Below, piece after piece: positions 27,770 to 38,983 of a DNA stretch of 40,880 nucleotides; position 1 is the stretch's first letter, and every line of letters begins with the position of its first letter. Below the pieces are notes generated by a model that was not told the DNA's origin, searched no databases, and saw only the letters and a program-made list of their open reading frames with translations. The stretch comes from a virus. Lineage: Duplodnaviria; Heunggongvirae; Uroviricota; Caudoviricetes. The position numbers and the translations under genes were made by a program. The DNA lies in IMG/VR virus record IMGVR_UViG_2563366819_000005. The stretch is one strand, 5' to 3'.

Positions 27770-28865
27770 ACGGCTGCGTGATGAATCAATTGCTCATGCA
27801 GTCTGGATATCCCGCTATAGCACTGGCGTGGCTGCCAGAATGGTGAAAATACTGAATGACAGCGATGCGGAACTTACTGCTCGCCTGCTGATAGCACTGG
27901 ACAGCCTCGATCCAGGTAGTTTTACCGTTAAGCGCCTGGAGTCACTTCTGGCGAGCGTCAGAGAGGTTAACCGCACTGCTATTAACAGCATGTTTACCAG
28001 TCTCTCCAGAGAGCTGAACGAGCTGGCAATTTATGAGGCTGGTTATCAGTTAAGTCTGTTTGATTCTATGCTACCTGATTTTGTTGCTGATGTTCACCCT
28101 CTGGTTGGTATCTCTCCTGATGCACTTTATGCCGCTGCAATGGCGCGACCATTCCAGGGACGACTGCTCAGTGAGTGGGCCTCAGATCTTGAGGCGGATC
28201 GGCTCAGACGCATAACAAATACAGTGCGTCAGGGTTTTTTGCTGGGGGATACCAATGAGCAGATCGCAAGAAAAATTCGGGGACATGTCAGTAAGGGATT
28301 TCAGGATGGTGCATTGCAGATGAGCCGGGCTAATGCGGCCAGCATTGCAAAAACAGCGGTTGGACATCTTGCTGCTACTGCCCGTGAGAGTTTTGCCAGC
28401 GCGAATAATGATTTGATTAAGGGTAAGCAATGGTTATCAACGCTTGATAATCGTACTACGCCACAATGTCGAATCAGGGATCGCCTCAAATATACGCTGA
28501 ATAATAAACCTGTAGGTCACAGCGTGCCTTATTTGCAGGGGCCGGGAAAAATTCATTTCTGCTGCCGCTCAACGGAAACGTTCATTCTGAAATCAGCGAA
28601 GGAACTGGGTATTGATGTTCGCGATATTTCCCCGGCTGAGCGGGCCAGCATGGATGGAGTGGTGGCCGGAGATACAACCTACAGGGAATGGTTTTTGCGT
28701 CAGCCTTACACCAGACAAAAACAGATTGTGGGGGAAACCCGAGCAAAGCTGATTCGGGATGGTGGTATGTCGCCAGATGAATTTTACACCGATAAAGGCG
28801 AATGGCTGACGCTGAAGCAGCTCCGTGAGCGTGATGCACAGGTATTCAGAAAAGCAGGGATTTAA
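27750..28865 (+). CDS. Head morphogenesis protein (SPP1 gp7 / Mu F-like)
   Basis: Follows the portal gene; 371 aa. Family resemblance recalled from memory. Confidence 0.65.
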   Translation: MMQTVNERLRDESIAHAVWISRYSTGVAARMVKILNDSDAELTARLLIALDSLDPGSFTVKRLESLLASVREVNRTAINSMFTSLSRELNELAIYEAGYQLSLFDSMLPDFVADVHPLVGISPDALYAAAMARPFQGRLLSEWASDLEADRLRRITNTVRQGFLLGDTNEQIARKIRGHVSKGFQDGALQMSRANAASIAKTAVGHLAATARESFASANNDLIKGKQWLSTLDNRTTPQCRIRDRLKYTLNNKPVGHSVPYLQGPGKIHFCCRSTETFILKSAKELGIDVRDISPAERASMDGVVAGDTTYREWFLRQPYTRQKQIVGETRAKLIRDGGMSPDEFYTDKGEWLTLKQLRERDAQVFRKAGI

Positions 28866-28884
28866 ATAAATCATTTATTACAAC

Positions 28885-28909
28885 AGGCTACCTTCGGGTG
28901 GCCTTTTTT
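28885..28909 (+). terminator. Candidate intrinsic terminator (AGGCTACC-TTCG-GGTGGCCT followed by T6)
   Basis: Hairpin with a UUCG-type loop and a T-tract, between the head morphogenesis and scaffold genes. Confidence 0.4.
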
Positions 28910-28969
28910 ATTGCTGCGATCCGGATGGTGAGCAGCGTAACTGTCGGAAGAATTAAACCAGGTACTAAT

Positions 28970-29734
28970 ATGAAACTGAAAACGGTCGAGATTAACGGAA
29001 AACAATACGCAGAAATTGATACTGCTGGCCTGCCAGTTTATGTGCACGACGATGGTAAAGAAATTGGCTTCGATGCACCGCTGGCGACAAAAAAAATTAC
29101 AGAGCTTAATGGCGAGGCAAAAAATCATCGCCTGGCTAAAGAAGCTGCAGAGGAAAAACTGGCTAAGTTTGCCGCTATCGAAGACCCGAAGAAGGCGATC
29201 GAGGCACTGGAAATGCTGTCAAAAATCGACCAGAAAAAGCTGCTCGATGCGGGACAGGTTGACCAGGTTAAGGCAGAAATTACGAAAAATTTTCAGCAGC
29301 AATTAGATGAAGAAAAGCAACGCTCTCAGATGCTGGAGAAGCAGCTTTACGATTCTATGATTGGCGGTAGTTTTGCGGGTTCAAAATATATTGCCGATAA
29401 AATTGCGATCCCGGCAGATTTATTACAAGCCCGCTTCGGGCAGGCATTCAAAGTGGAAGAAGGGAGGATCGTTGCTTATGACGCTTCCGGCAACAAAATT
29501 TATTCCCGCGCGAAGCCTGGCGAACTGGCGCAGTTTGATGAGGCGCTGGAGTTCCTTGTCGAAAATTACCCTCAGAAAGACTACATCCTGAAAGCCAGTG
29601 GCAACAATGGCGGCGGCTCCCGTCCGACACAGCATGATATTGGTCAGAAAACGATGAAACGCTCTGCTTTTGATGCACTGGATGTTGCAGGTAAGCAAAA
29701 CGCATTGAAAGACGGTATCACAATCGTTGATTAA
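28970..29734 (+). CDS. Scaffolding protein (254 aa)
   Basis: Acidic, helix-rich protein immediately upstream of the major capsid gene. Confidence 0.55.
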   Translation: MKLKTVEINGKQYAEIDTAGLPVYVHDDGKEIGFDAPLATKKITELNGEAKNHRLAKEAAEEKLAKFAAIEDPKKAIEALEMLSKIDQKKLLDAGQVDQVKAEITKNFQQQLDEEKQRSQMLEKQLYDSMIGGSFAGSKYIADKIAIPADLLQARFGQAFKVEEGRIVAYDASGNKIYSRAKPGELAQFDEALEFLVENYPQKDYILKASGNNGGGSRPTQHDIGQKTMKRSAFDALDVAGKQNALKDGITIVD

Positions 29735-29832
29735 CACATTTGTCAGCTTCCGGATGGGAGCTGGTGTCAGGGCTGGATAGCTCATTACTCCATCTATTCA
29801 CAATTACGCAAATTTTTAAGGAATATTTAATT

Positions 29833-30972
29833 ATGGCTGGAAATACCCTGACCGGGTTGATCCCGACTATTTATACCGCCCTGGATGTTGTATCCCGTGA
29901 GCAGGTAGGTTTTATCCCTGCGGTAGCAAAAAACGCAAAAGCTGACGCCGCAGCAAAAGATCAGACGGTAACCGCGCCAGTTGCGCCTGAGGCGAAAACC
30001 GAAGATATCGTACCGGGGCCGTCAGCTCCGAATACCGGTGATCAAAATATTGGCACTGTTGATGTAAAAATTACTAAATCCAAAATGGCACCGGTTAAAT
30101 GGAATGGTGAAGAACAACTGGCTCTTGGCCCTTCAGGGACTTACAACACCATTCTGGCTGATCAGTTCAAGCAGGCTTTTCGCGCCCTTGCAAACGAGGT
30201 TGAGGCTGATCTTGGTGCGTTGTATTTCGGTGCTTCCCGCGCCGTGGGAACCGCAGGGACAACGCCGTTTGGTGTTAAAGATGATCTTTCTGATGCTGCT
30301 CTGGCTTGTCAGGTTCTGGAGGATAACGGCGCACCGACAACCGATCTGCAGATGGTGCTTGGCTCCACTGCCATTGCTAATTTGCGCGGAAAACAGTCTG
30401 TATTGTTTAAAGTGAATGAATCCGGCACTGAACAGCTACTGCGTGAGGGCGTGTTGGGGCGTCTGGAGGGATTCAATATTCACAGTTCGGCAGGTGTGAA
30501 ACGAGCGCCAAAGGTTGCTGCAACTGGTTATCTCGTGAATGGAGAGAAAAAAGAAGGCGATGTTCTTATTTCCATTGATACTGGTTCGGGGAGTATTTCT
30601 GCAGGTCAGATTGTTACGTTCGCTGGTGATCCGAATCAGTATGTTGTGGCAGCAGCGACCAGCAATCTGATTACTCTTGCAGCGCCCGGACTGCGTCAGG
30701 ATCTGGCCGATGATACTGCCATCACAGTTGTTGGGGCCTTTACTGCAAATATGGCGTTTGATCGCAACGCGTTTCTGCTGGCATCCCGTACTCCGGCAAT
30801 GCCGGAAGGTGGCGATAATGCTGATGATGTAATGAATGTTACGGACCCGATTTCAGGGATTACGTTCCAGATTGCACTGTATCGTCAGTATCGCCAGGTG
30901 CGCTATGAAGTTGGACTGGCATGGGGTGTTTCATCAGTGAAGCCGGCACATGGTTGTCTGATTCTTGGTTAA
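29833..30972 (+). CDS. Major capsid protein (379 aa)
   Basis: Follows the scaffold gene and is followed by a hairpin terminator, the typical arrangement. Confidence 0.7.
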   Translation: MAGNTLTGLIPTIYTALDVVSREQVGFIPAVAKNAKADAAAKDQTVTAPVAPEAKTEDIVPGPSAPNTGDQNIGTVDVKITKSKMAPVKWNGEEQLALGPSGTYNTILADQFKQAFRALANEVEADLGALYFGASRAVGTAGTTPFGVKDDLSDAALACQVLEDNGAPTTDLQMVLGSTAIANLRGKQSVLFKVNESGTEQLLREGVLGRLEGFNIHSSAGVKRAPKVAATGYLVNGEKKEGDVLISIDTGSGSISAGQIVTFAGDPNQYVVAAATSNLITLAAPGLRQDLADDTAITVVGAFTANMAFDRNAFLLASRTPAMPEGGDNADDVMNVTDPISGITFQIALYRQYRQVRYEVGLAWGVSSVKPAHGCLILG

Positions 30973-30982
30973 ACATTCAAAC

Positions 30983-31002
30983 GGGGCTTCGGCCCCATTT
31001 TT
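30983..31002 (+). terminator. Intrinsic terminator after the capsid gene (GGGGC-TTCG-GCCCC then ATTTTT)
   Basis: Perfect GC stem with a TTCG loop and a T-tract. Confidence 0.5.
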
Positions 31003-31014
31003 AATGGGGGGCAT

Positions 31015-31191
31015 ATGGCCGGATTAACTAAAGAGCAAAGAGCACAGCGTGAAGCCGCACAAAAAACGCAAATTGAGTTAGTGGTTATGGTGACCGATTA
31101 TCAGATGTTTCCCGGCGCACCAACTATCGCTAATGTTCATCCTGATGAAGTTGACAACTGGAAGGCTATGGGCTGGAAAACTCAGGAGTAA
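31015..31191 (+). CDS. Small hypothetical head-region protein (58 aa; below the ORF-track cutoff)
   Basis: Hand-translated MAGLTKEQRAQREAAQKTQIELVVMVTDYQMFPGAPTIANVHPDEVDNWKAMGWKTQE. Fills the gap between the capsid and connector genes. Confidence 0.4.
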   Translation: MAGLTKEQRAQREAAQKTQIELVVMVTDYQMFPGAPTIANVHPDEVDNWKAMGWKTQE

Positions 31192-31194
31192 CAC

Positions 31195-31590
31195 ATGATC
31201 ACTTACGTGACCTGTGATGACGTTGATAATGCGTTTGGGAACGCCTGGACGAGTGAGAACGCTAAAAATAAAGCTGTTTTAATGGCTAATGCCTGGCTTA
31301 ATGGCTTCAACCTGAAAATTAACCCATCCCGTATTCCGGAAGAGGTAAAACTTGCGGGAGCATATGCAGCCAGAATTGCCTCATTCGGTAAGTTGTTTCA
31401 GCAGAAAAATGATTCTGGCGTTGTTATCAGTAAAGCCGTGTCGGCTGACGGGGTCAGTGTATCGAAATCATTTTCTGAGTTGCCAGCAAACAGTACTGCA
31501 TTGCTTGAACCCGATTTACAGCTTGCGATAGCACTGCTGAAACCGTACGGACTTAGTCGCTCACAAGTCAGGGTTGTGAGGGGGGGATAA
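31195..31590 (+). CDS. Head-tail connector / head completion protein (131 aa)
   Basis: Synteny in a tightly packed head-tail joining block. Confidence 0.45.
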   Translation: MITYVTCDDVDNAFGNAWTSENAKNKAVLMANAWLNGFNLKINPSRIPEEVKLAGAYAARIASFGKLFQQKNDSGVVISKAVSADGVSVSKSFSELPANSTALLEPDLQLAIALLKPYGLSRSQVRVVRGG

Positions 31591-31973
31591 TGGGGCTTCG
31601 TGAAGAGATTCAGTCAGAGGTTGCCGCTGCTTTTGATGAGGATTTAGCAGACGCCGTGAGTGATTTTTCTGGTTCTTACGTTACGCACCGGCACTGGGAT
31701 CCTGTGACGGAAACTGGCGGCGAATCCACCGCAATCTATACCGGGCGAGGCGTGTTGACACGTTATAAGCTGGGCAGAATTGATGGGATTAATATTTTGC
31801 ATGGTGACCTTAAATTAACCGCTCTGGTATGCGAGGTTACGGATAAACCAGCTGTCGACCATATTATTGAGATTTATGATCCTGTATCAAGGCAGTTACA
31901 ACGATACGAGGTAATTACAGCAAGTGTAGATCCTTCCGCATCAGTTTACTCTATCCAGTTAAGGAGAGCGTAA
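31590..31973 (+). CDS. Head-tail adaptor / head closure protein (127 aa)
   Basis: Synteny; start overlaps the previous gene's stop. Confidence 0.45.
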   Translation: MGLREEIQSEVAAAFDEDLADAVSDFSGSYVTHRHWDPVTETGGESTAIYTGRGVLTRYKLGRIDGINILHGDLKLTALVCEVTDKPAVDHIIEIYDPVSRQLQRYEVITASVDPSASVYSIQLRRA

Positions 31974-32354
31974 ATGGCAAAGGCATGGGATATAGAACCG
32001 TCAATATTTGCCGGGATGATTGAGGAAGATGTGGGGCTGAAAATTCGCTACATCGCTATGCAGATTCTTACTGCTATTGATATTGCTGCTCCGGTTGATA
32101 CCGGACGTTTCAGAAATAACAACCTGGTGTCGTTACAGCATCCCGATTTTGGTATATCTGATAACGTGGATCCGAACGGTACGATTGCGGTTCAGCGTGG
32201 GATCGGGGTTATTTCGAAAGCTGCAAATTACGGAGTTATTTATATCCAGAATAACCTTCCTTATGCAGAGGCTCTTGAAAACGGTCATTCACAACAAGCG
32301 CCAACTGGCGTGTATGCCAACGCTTTTCATGGTGTTTTACAGGCTTACAAATGA
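31974..32354 (+). CDS. HK97 gp10-like tail component (126 aa)
   Basis: Synteny and size. Confidence 0.45.
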   Translation: MAKAWDIEPSIFAGMIEEDVGLKIRYIAMQILTAIDIAAPVDTGRFRNNNLVSLQHPDFGISDNVDPNGTIAVQRGIGVISKAANYGVIYIQNNLPYAEALENGHSQQAPTGVYANAFHGVLQAYK

Positions 32355-32743
32355 CGTTTACTGAAATCAGAAATACGGTTATTTCCAGAATGACGGCACA
32401 GACGATTATTGATGGAAAAGACGTATTGTATCCGAACGCGCCAACGTTCGATCCTTCCGGTAAGTTAATCTGGGCGCGGTTAAGTAATATTCCCGGGCAG
32501 GCTGGAGTTAATGAAATTGGCGCGGGGCCGATTGTTTATCGCACGGGGATAATCATTATTCAGTTATTTGTCCCCGCAGGTTCTGGTTCAAAACTCATTA
32601 CTGAGACAGCCGATAAATTGCGGGAACTGTTTGAGTTTCAGGATGACGATCGTCTCAGTTACCAGGCTGTTTCCTCAATAGCCGTTGGCGAAAAGAATGG
32701 CTGGTTCCAGCTTAATCTTCAAATTCCATATCGCGCGCTCTAG
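32351..32743 (+). CDS. Tail completion / tail terminator protein (130 aa)
   Basis: Synteny; ATGA-coupled to the previous gene. Confidence 0.45.
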   Translation: MTFTEIRNTVISRMTAQTIIDGKDVLYPNAPTFDPSGKLIWARLSNIPGQAGVNEIGAGPIVYRTGIIIIQLFVPAGSGSKLITETADKLRELFEFQDDDRLSYQAVSSIAVGEKNGWFQLNLQIPYRAL

Positions 32744-32769
32744 CGCAATTAATGACATAGGAGGCTCCT

Positions 32770-33732
32770 GTGAGTTCAGGTGCAAAGGTTATCTCGGCAT
32801 TTATCCGGGAGACGGTTGCAGGCACTACGCCAGCAAGTGGTGACTGGAGTTTATTAAAACGCACAAGCTGGGGAGTAAAACCCACCCAGAATAAAGGCGA
32901 AAATAATGAGATTGGTGGCTCCCGGATGGCTCAGGGGGCGACGCCTGGCACTGTGGATGTCGGCGGTGATGTTGGTACCAAATTTCGCTGGGGTCAACAT
33001 GATGATTTTCTTGCATCCTGTTTCGGCGCGGAATGGTCAGGCGATTCTCTGACAATGGGGAATGAGCGAATAACATTTTCTCTAGCGACCTATGCGTCCG
33101 ATGTCGGAATTGCCTCTGTCGTCAGAGGAGCGCAGGTTGGCTCATGGAAAATGCAGATCCCTAACGACGGCGATATTACAGCGACCGTAACCTTTGCCGG
33201 ACTGGACTGGGAATCAAAGGCCGATGATACGAATTTTATCAAAGGCGAACCTGTGGATAGTGCAGGAAAGCTACGTTATTCGTTTAAGGAGGTTTCAGCA
33301 GTAAGCCTGAATGGTGTTGCCGGAGGTAACGGTTTTTGTATCGACAGTTTTGATATTCAGTTCGATAACAAACTCCAGACACAGCGTTGTATCGGGACTG
33401 GCTCGCCTTATGCAGGAGCAAATATTCCGACTACTTTTACACCGTCCGGTACGGTGACGCTTTCATGGTCTAAAGCCGCGTGGGAAATCTGGAGTAAAAC
33501 ACTGACTGGAGAAACAGTTCCGTTCAGCTTTACGCTTTCGAATGGAGAGGGGGCATACACTTTCAGTTTCCCGAAGGTTCAGGTGTCAGGTGAATGGCCT
33601 GATGGGGGTAATAGCGACATTATCCAGGTTCAATTGAGCATTACCGCAGCAGATGAAGCACCTACGATAACCAGAAAAAAAAATTCCCCGGCTGCCGTGA
33701 TCGCAAAAGCCAGTGCTGAGGCGATTAGTTGA
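32770..33732 (+). CDS. Major tail (tube) protein (320 aa; GTG start)
   Basis: AGGAGG SD 5 nt before the GTG. Position immediately before the G/GT chaperone genes. Confidence 0.65.
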   Translation: MSSGAKVISAFIRETVAGTTPASGDWSLLKRTSWGVKPTQNKGENNEIGGSRMAQGATPGTVDVGGDVGTKFRWGQHDDFLASCFGAEWSGDSLTMGNERITFSLATYASDVGIASVVRGAQVGSWKMQIPNDGDITATVTFAGLDWESKADDTNFIKGEPVDSAGKLRYSFKEVSAVSLNGVAGGNGFCIDSFDIQFDNKLQTQRCIGTGSPYAGANIPTTFTPSGTVTLSWSKAAWEIWSKTLTGETVPFSFTLSNGEGAYTFSFPKVQVSGEWPDGGNSDIIQVQLSITAADEAPTITRKKNSPAAVIAKASAEAIS

Positions 33733-33780
33733 TTTTCCGTTATTCCTCCTGTGGTACTGCCCTACAGGGGGACGCATTGA

Positions 33781-34242
33781 ATGAGGTTATGGATGTTTAT
33801 TCTTAATCAGAAAATTATCATTGGTGGAGAACGCTGGTTTACGCCAATGAAGGACTTAAAACCTGTAGACGGGTTAAAACTGTTGGTGGCAAGCAGCGAT
33901 AACGATCAGTATCGCTCCCGTAATGCATTAATCCGTCGCCACATTGAGAAAATGGATGCCAGTTTGCACGTCGGAACGAAGGAGTTTGATATTTCAAAGG
34001 TTTCCGAGGTGGATTCTGTTGATGATTTACTCATTGATAATGCCGCTCGTTATCTGCTGAAAGACTGGAAAGGGGTTGGTGAACTGGTTAATGGTGTTGA
34101 GGTTGCACTGGAATATACGACAGAACGAGGGATCGCGCTGCTTAAGCAGAATCCAGAGTTGTACTGGCAGATCCTTGCAGAAGCAGCCAGCATCGCCCAG
34201 GGTAAAGAGCAGCAGAAGCAGGATACGATAAAAAAGCCATAG
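33781..34242 (+). CDS. Tail assembly chaperone (lambda gpG-like)
   Basis: Immediately upstream of the tape measure gene. Ends 2 codons after an A_AAA_AAG slippery heptamer. Confidence 0.6.
   Translation: MRLWMFILNQKIIIGGERWFTPMKDLKPVDGLKLLVASSDNDQYRSRNALIRRHIEKMDASLHVGTKEFDISKVSEVDSVDDLLIDNAARYLLKDWKGVGELVNGVEVALEYTTERGIALLKQNPELYWQILAEAASIAQGKEQQKQDTIKKP
34230..34236 (+). other. Slippery heptamer A_AAA_AAG for programmed -1 ribosomal frameshift (G to GT fusion)
   Basis: Heptamer lies in the G reading frame 2 codons before its stop. The -1 frame continues open to 34550. Confidence 0.55.
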
Positions 34243-34550
34243 CTGCCCAGCGGTGGTTATCGGAGTTCGGGGGAGAAAGGGGGGAAAAGGCAAGATGGAA
34301 GCGAGAAAAACTCAGGTTGCCACCGATACCGGAACCAGAAATAGACCCGGTGCTTAAGGAGTTGTTGTACGCCTATTCGGTAATATCCCGTGCCCGACGT
34401 TATGCTGGAATGGCTGGGGTGCCTTTGCCTTTATCTCTGACAGAGATAAATGAATATTTAGCCACTCATCCGGTATTGATTGAGCGCGATGAATTTGAAG
34501 CAGTGATCTTTGCACTGGATGACCAGTATTTTCAGGAGCAGTGTGTGTAG
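34230..34550 (+). CDS. C-terminal extension of the frameshifted tail assembly chaperone (gpGT-like)
   Basis: The -1 frame is open from the slip site through ...PPIPEPEIDPVLKELLYAYS... to a stop at 34550. Confidence 0.5.
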   Translation, partial: KKAIAAQRWLSEFGGERGEKARWKREKLRLPPIPEPEIDPVLKELLYAYSVISRARRYAGMAGVPLPLSLTEINEYLATHPVLIERDEFEAVIFALDDQYFQEQCV

Positions 34551-34715
34551 TTGTTAATTACGTACACTCTGTTACAGAGATGTGATGGTGTCTTTAATTA
34601 AATCGATGATGCTCCTGGAGAAAAGCATTGCGTGGCCTCGTAATCGCTATATCTACTATTATGTCGCCTGAAACCCACTTCGCGGTGGGTTTTTTGTTGT
34701 CAGGAGTTTTAATAA

Positions 34716-37700
34716 ATGGCAGAGCAAACCTCGCGTCTCGCAATAATTATTGATAGCACTGGAGCGAAAAATAATGCTGACAATCTGACCTCCTCATTAG
34801 TCAAAATGACGCAGGCTGGGGAAACTGCTGCAAATAGCGCAGGGAAAGTGACTAAGGCAACAGAAGATGAGAAGAACGCGCTCGCAAAATTAAAAGCAGC
34901 TATTGATCCAGTTGGTGCCGCAATTGATACTGTCGGTCGACGCTATTCTGAATTAAAGAAATTTTTCGATAAAGGGCTTATTGATAAAGAAGAATATGAA
35001 TTTCTTGTCCGTAAACTTAATGAAACCACAGAGGAATTGAGCGGGGTTGCGCAAGCGCAGAGAGAAGCCGAGAAGGCCGGAAAACTTGCTGCCGCCCAGC
35101 AGGAAGCGCAGGCTCAGGCCTTTCAAAGAATGCTGGACAAGATCGACCCTCTGGCTGCGGCGCTAAGAAATCTTGAACAACAGCATGATGAACTTAATGC
35201 TGCGTTTGCATCCGGGAAAATAAATGGTTCTCAGTTTGAGAATTATAGCCGAAAAATACAGGAAACACGGCGAGAGCTTATCGGAGAGGCTCAGGCAGAG
35301 CGAGAAGCAGCAAAAGCGCATGATGAACAGGTTGTTGCTTTGCAACGTCTGATTGCTCAACTTGATCCTGTCGGAACTGCTTTTAATCGTCTGGTAGAAC
35401 AACAGAAACAGCTCAATGAAGCAAAAGCTAAGGGGATGCTTTCTCCTGAAATGTATGAGGAGCTTTCTGGAAAACTTCGTGCTATGCGGAGTGAGCTTGA
35501 GGTTACTCAATCACAATTAAGCAAAACCGGAATGTCGGCAAAACAAACGGCTTTTGCTATGCGCATGTTGCCTGCACAAATGACGGATATTGTTGTTGGG
35601 TTGTCCACTGGTCAGTCGCCATTTATGGTGTTAATGCAGCAGGGCGGCCAGCTAAAAGATATGTTCGGTGGGATTGGCCCGGCGATCAAAGGTGTAGGTT
35701 CTTATGTGCTGGGATTAGTTAATCCTTTTACCCTGGCCGCAGCAGCCGTTGGGGTCTTAGGACTGGCTTACTATAAAGGCTCTCAGGAGCAGGACGAATT
35801 TAATAAATCTCTTATTCTTACCGGAAATCAGTTGGGGACAACCAGCGGGCAATTGGGCGATATAGCTCAACGTGCCGGGAATGCGGCTGATTCGACAACT
35901 GGTGCTGCGGCGGCAGTATTAAATCAGCTTGTGCGTTCGGGAAAGGTAGCGAGCAGTTCGCTGGAGCAAGTGACGACAGCGATAGTAAAAACGAGCGAAG
36001 TAACAGGAATATCAACCGAACAACTGGTTAATGACTTCAATGAAATTGCAAAGGATCCTGTCAGTGCCATATCAAAACTTAATGATCAGTACCATTTTCT
36101 GACACTTGCGACTTATAACCAGATTAAGGCGCTACAGGATGAAGGGAACCAGCAGGAGGCCGCCCGCATTGCGACAGAAGAATACTCATCCTCAATGATC
36201 CAGCGCACCAACCAGATTAAAGAAAATCTTGGTTATCTTGAGACTGCATGGAAAGCTGTCGCAGACTCCGCAAAATGGGCATGGGATTCCATGCTGGATA
36301 TTGGCCGTGAGACCTCCCTTGATCAAAAAATCTCAGATGTTCTCCGTCAAATTGATGAAATAGAAAAAAATACCCGACCCGGAGTTTTCGGGTTAGGTGG
36401 CATTGGAGATGGCGGAGCTCAAAATAAAAGGCTGGCACGATTAAAGCAGCAATTGGGCGTACTTCAAGCAGAAAAAATTGCTCAGGACGTACTAAATTCA
36501 TCAATAAACGATTACAACAAGCGACAACAGGAAGGAATTGAACTCAGACAGAGAGCAGATGCCTTTTCAAAACAATATCAGACCCGGGAGCAGCAGAGAG
36601 CTAGTGAACTTGCAAAACTGGAAAAGCTAAAGAATCAGTATTCAAAGGAAGAATATAATAATCTTATCGCTCAAATAAATGAGCGTTATAAAGATCCAAA
36701 GCAACCAAAGGCGAAAGGTTATTCTGATGATGCAGCCCAACGAATGATTGATCATCTGAATCAACAGAATGCGTTACTAAGTTCACAAGCTGAGTTGACC
36801 GTTAAATTAAGTTCCTCTGAACAGGAACTGGTTAAGTGGCGTCAGCGGATTGCCGACCTAGAGTCACGACCATCAACGAAATTAACCCAGGATCAGAAAT
36901 CGCTTCTCTTACACCGGGAAGAAATAACCGCGTTGATGGAGAAAAATGTTGCGATTGAAAAAAATAACAGGCTAATCAAGGAATCCGCCGAAATAACAGC
37001 ATGGCGTGATTCATTGCAGGCTTCGATTGATAATCGTCAGCAGGGGTATGATATTCAGATTGCTGGTTATGGGGTTGGCGATAAAAATCAGCAACGCCAG
37101 CAGGAATTACTGCGGATTGAACATGGATATAACAATCAGCGTCTGCAACTTGAACGTGACTATGCAGATAAATCCCGTGGAATGTCAGATCATGTTTTTC
37201 AAGAGAAAATGCAGGCTCTGAATGATGCTCTGGAACGGGAAAAAGAAATTGTCAGACAGAAAAACGAGCAGCTCGATATTCAGGCAGGAGACTGGGTTAG
37301 TGGTGCCTCCCAGGGATTCAATAACTGGCTGGATGACACTAAGGATATCAGTGAGCAGATAAAATCAACCACGACTCAGATGTTTGATGGGATGACCGAT
37401 GCGCTGGGTGATTTTGTCACGACAGGCAAGGCAAATTTTCGTTCTTTCGCTACTTCCGTGATTTCGGATCTTAGTCGAATAGCATTAAAGGCTTCAATTA
37501 CTGGGATTTTCGACAGCATTAGTAACAGTTCTTCTGGGGGGATTTTAGGAACTATCGGGAGTGCTATTAGTAAATTTATTCCGAATGCAAAGGGCGGTGT
37601 TTATGAGTCTCCGTCATTGAGCACGTATTCGAACGGTATTTATGATTCCCCGCAATTTTTTGCTTTTGCAAAAGGGGCTGGTGTTTTTGGTGAGGCTGGA

Positions 37701-37949
37701 CCGGAAGCTATTATGCCATTAACACGAACTTCCGATGGTTCTCTTGGTGTCAGAGCTATTAATAGTAAAAGTGGTAATGGAGGCGGAGATATTACCTATG
37801 CCCCTGTATACCAAATCACTATTCAAAATGACGGCCAGAATGGAGAGATTGGCCCTCAGGCAATAAAAGCACTTATGGGGATGGTTGATCAGCGGGTGCA
37901 GGGCAATCTGTTAAATATGCGACGTGATGGGGGAATGTTAAGTGGCTAA
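34716..37949 (+). CDS. Tail tape measure protein (1077 aa)
   Basis: Very long helix-rich ORF between the G/GT and M genes. Confidence 0.9.
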   Translation: MAEQTSRLAIIIDSTGAKNNADNLTSSLVKMTQAGETAANSAGKVTKATEDEKNALAKLKAAIDPVGAAIDTVGRRYSELKKFFDKGLIDKEEYEFLVRKLNETTEELSGVAQAQREAEKAGKLAAAQQEAQAQAFQRMLDKIDPLAAALRNLEQQHDELNAAFASGKINGSQFENYSRKIQETRRELIGEAQAEREAAKAHDEQVVALQRLIAQLDPVGTAFNRLVEQQKQLNEAKAKGMLSPEMYEELSGKLRAMRSELEVTQSQLSKTGMSAKQTAFAMRMLPAQMTDIVVGLSTGQSPFMVLMQQGGQLKDMFGGIGPAIKGVGSYVLGLVNPFTLAAAAVGVLGLAYYKGSQEQDEFNKSLILTGNQLGTTSGQLGDIAQRAGNAADSTTGAAAAVLNQLVRSGKVASSSLEQVTTAIVKTSEVTGISTEQLVNDFNEIAKDPVSAISKLNDQYHFLTLATYNQIKALQDEGNQQEAARIATEEYSSSMIQRTNQIKENLGYLETAWKAVADSAKWAWDSMLDIGRETSLDQKISDVLRQIDEIEKNTRPGVFGLGGIGDGGAQNKRLARLKQQLGVLQAEKIAQDVLNSSINDYNKRQQEGIELRQRADAFSKQYQTREQQRASELAKLEKLKNQYSKEEYNNLIAQINERYKDPKQPKAKGYSDDAAQRMIDHLNQQNALLSSQAELTVKLSSSEQELVKWRQRIADLESRPSTKLTQDQKSLLLHREEITALMEKNVAIEKNNRLIKESAEITAWRDSLQASIDNRQQGYDIQIAGYGVGDKNQQRQQELLRIEHGYNNQRLQLERDYADKSRGMSDHVFQEKMQALNDALEREKEIVRQKNEQLDIQAGDWVSGASQGFNNWLDDTKDISEQIKSTTTQMFDGMTDALGDFVTTGKANFRSFATSVISDLSRIALKASITGIFDSISNSSSGGILGTIGSAISKFIPNAKGGVYESPSLSTYSNGIYDSPQFFAFAKGAGVFGEAGPEAIMPLTRTSDGSLGVRAINSKSGNGGGDITYAPVYQITIQNDGQNGEIGPQAIKALMGMVDQRVQGNLLNMRRDGGMLSG

Positions 37950-38280
37950 TACGGAAGAATTTCACTGGTTACCAGAGGATGGAATGAAAACAGAAAATAA
38001 ACCATCGATAAAAACTGTAAGATTTGGTGATGGTTATGAGCAACGAAGTCCAAATGGACTTAATCATTCTCTGCGCGTTTTCACCTGTGATTTCAAAGTT
38101 GAGGCGAATGAACGTGATTCATTTGAAAAATTTTTAGCCCGGCATGAAGGCTATAAATCTTTTTTTTGGCGCCCGCCGGGTATTAACAGAAAAATCAGAG
38201 TGGTGTGTCGAACGTGGTCAGCGACAGAACATATCACCTATACCGATTTTTCGTGTCAGTTTGACGAAGTGGTGATCTGA
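37942..38280 (+). CDS. Minor tail protein M (lambda gpM-like)
   Basis: [18 protein letters not shown]...[19 protein letters not shown]...[10 protein letters not shown] resembles lambda M. Confidence 0.85.
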   Translation: MANTEEFHWLPEDGMKTENKPSIKTVRFGDGYEQRSPNGLNHSLRVFTCDFKVEANERDSFEKFLARHEGYKSFFWRPPGINRKIRVVCRTWSATEHITYTDFSCQFDEVVI

Positions 38281-38978
38281 TGCAGGACATACGACAGGAA
38301 ACACTGAATGAATGCATCTGTGTGGAGCAGACGGCCAGCGTGGTGCTCTGGGAAATTGATCTGACAGAGGTCGGTGGGGAGCGTTACTTTTTCTGCAATG
38401 AGCAGAATGAAAAAGGTGAACCGGTTACCTGGCAGGGGCGAAAGTATCAGGCGTACCCCATTCAGGGAAGCGGCTTTGAGATGAACGGTAAGGGCAGCAG
38501 CGCACGTCCCACACTTAAGGTATCTAACCTGTATGGCATGGTCACCGGGATGGCCGAAGACCTGCAGAGTCTGGTCGGCGGAACGGTGGTCAGGCGTAAG
38601 GTTTATGCCCGTTTTCTGGATGCGGTGAACTTCATCAACGGAAACAGCGAAGCCGATCTGGAGCAGGAGGTGATCAGCCGCTGGCGCATCGAGCAGTGCA
38701 GCGAACTGAGCGCGGTCAGTGCCTCTTTTGTACTGTCCACACCGACTGAAACGGATGGTGCCGTTTTTCCGGGGCGCATCATGCTGGCTAATACCTGCAC
38801 CTGGACCTATCGCGGTGATGAGTGCGGTTATAACGGTCCGGTTGTTGCGGATGAATATGACCAGCCGACGTCCGATATCATGAAGGATAAATGCAGCAAA
38901 TGCCTGAGCGGTTGTAAGTTTCGCAATAATGTCGGCAACTTTGGCGGCTTCCTTTCCATTAACAAACTTTCGCAGTAA
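38280..38978 (+). CDS. Minor tail protein L (lambda gpL-like, 232 aa)
   Basis: Same length as lambda L; C-terminal Cys cluster CSKCLSGCKF. Confidence 0.85.
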   Translation: MQDIRQETLNECICVEQTASVVLWEIDLTEVGGERYFFCNEQNEKGEPVTWQGRKYQAYPIQGSGFEMNGKGSSARPTLKVSNLYGMVTGMAEDLQSLVGGTVVRRKVYARFLDAVNFINGNSEADLEQEVISRWRIEQCSELSAVSASFVLSTPTETDGAVFPGRIMLANTCTWTYRGDECGYNGPVVADEYDQPTSDIMKDKCSKCLSGCKFRNNVGNFGGFLSINKLSQ

Positions 38979-38983
38979 ATCCC

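Noticed and set aside
35163-36504. Minus-strand ORFs inside the tape measure gene, and similar antisense ORFs inside terS/terL (24497-25388) and the head genes (26537-29785)
   Set aside because: They are embedded antisense to long, confidently assigned structural genes. They are artefacts of the six-frame track.
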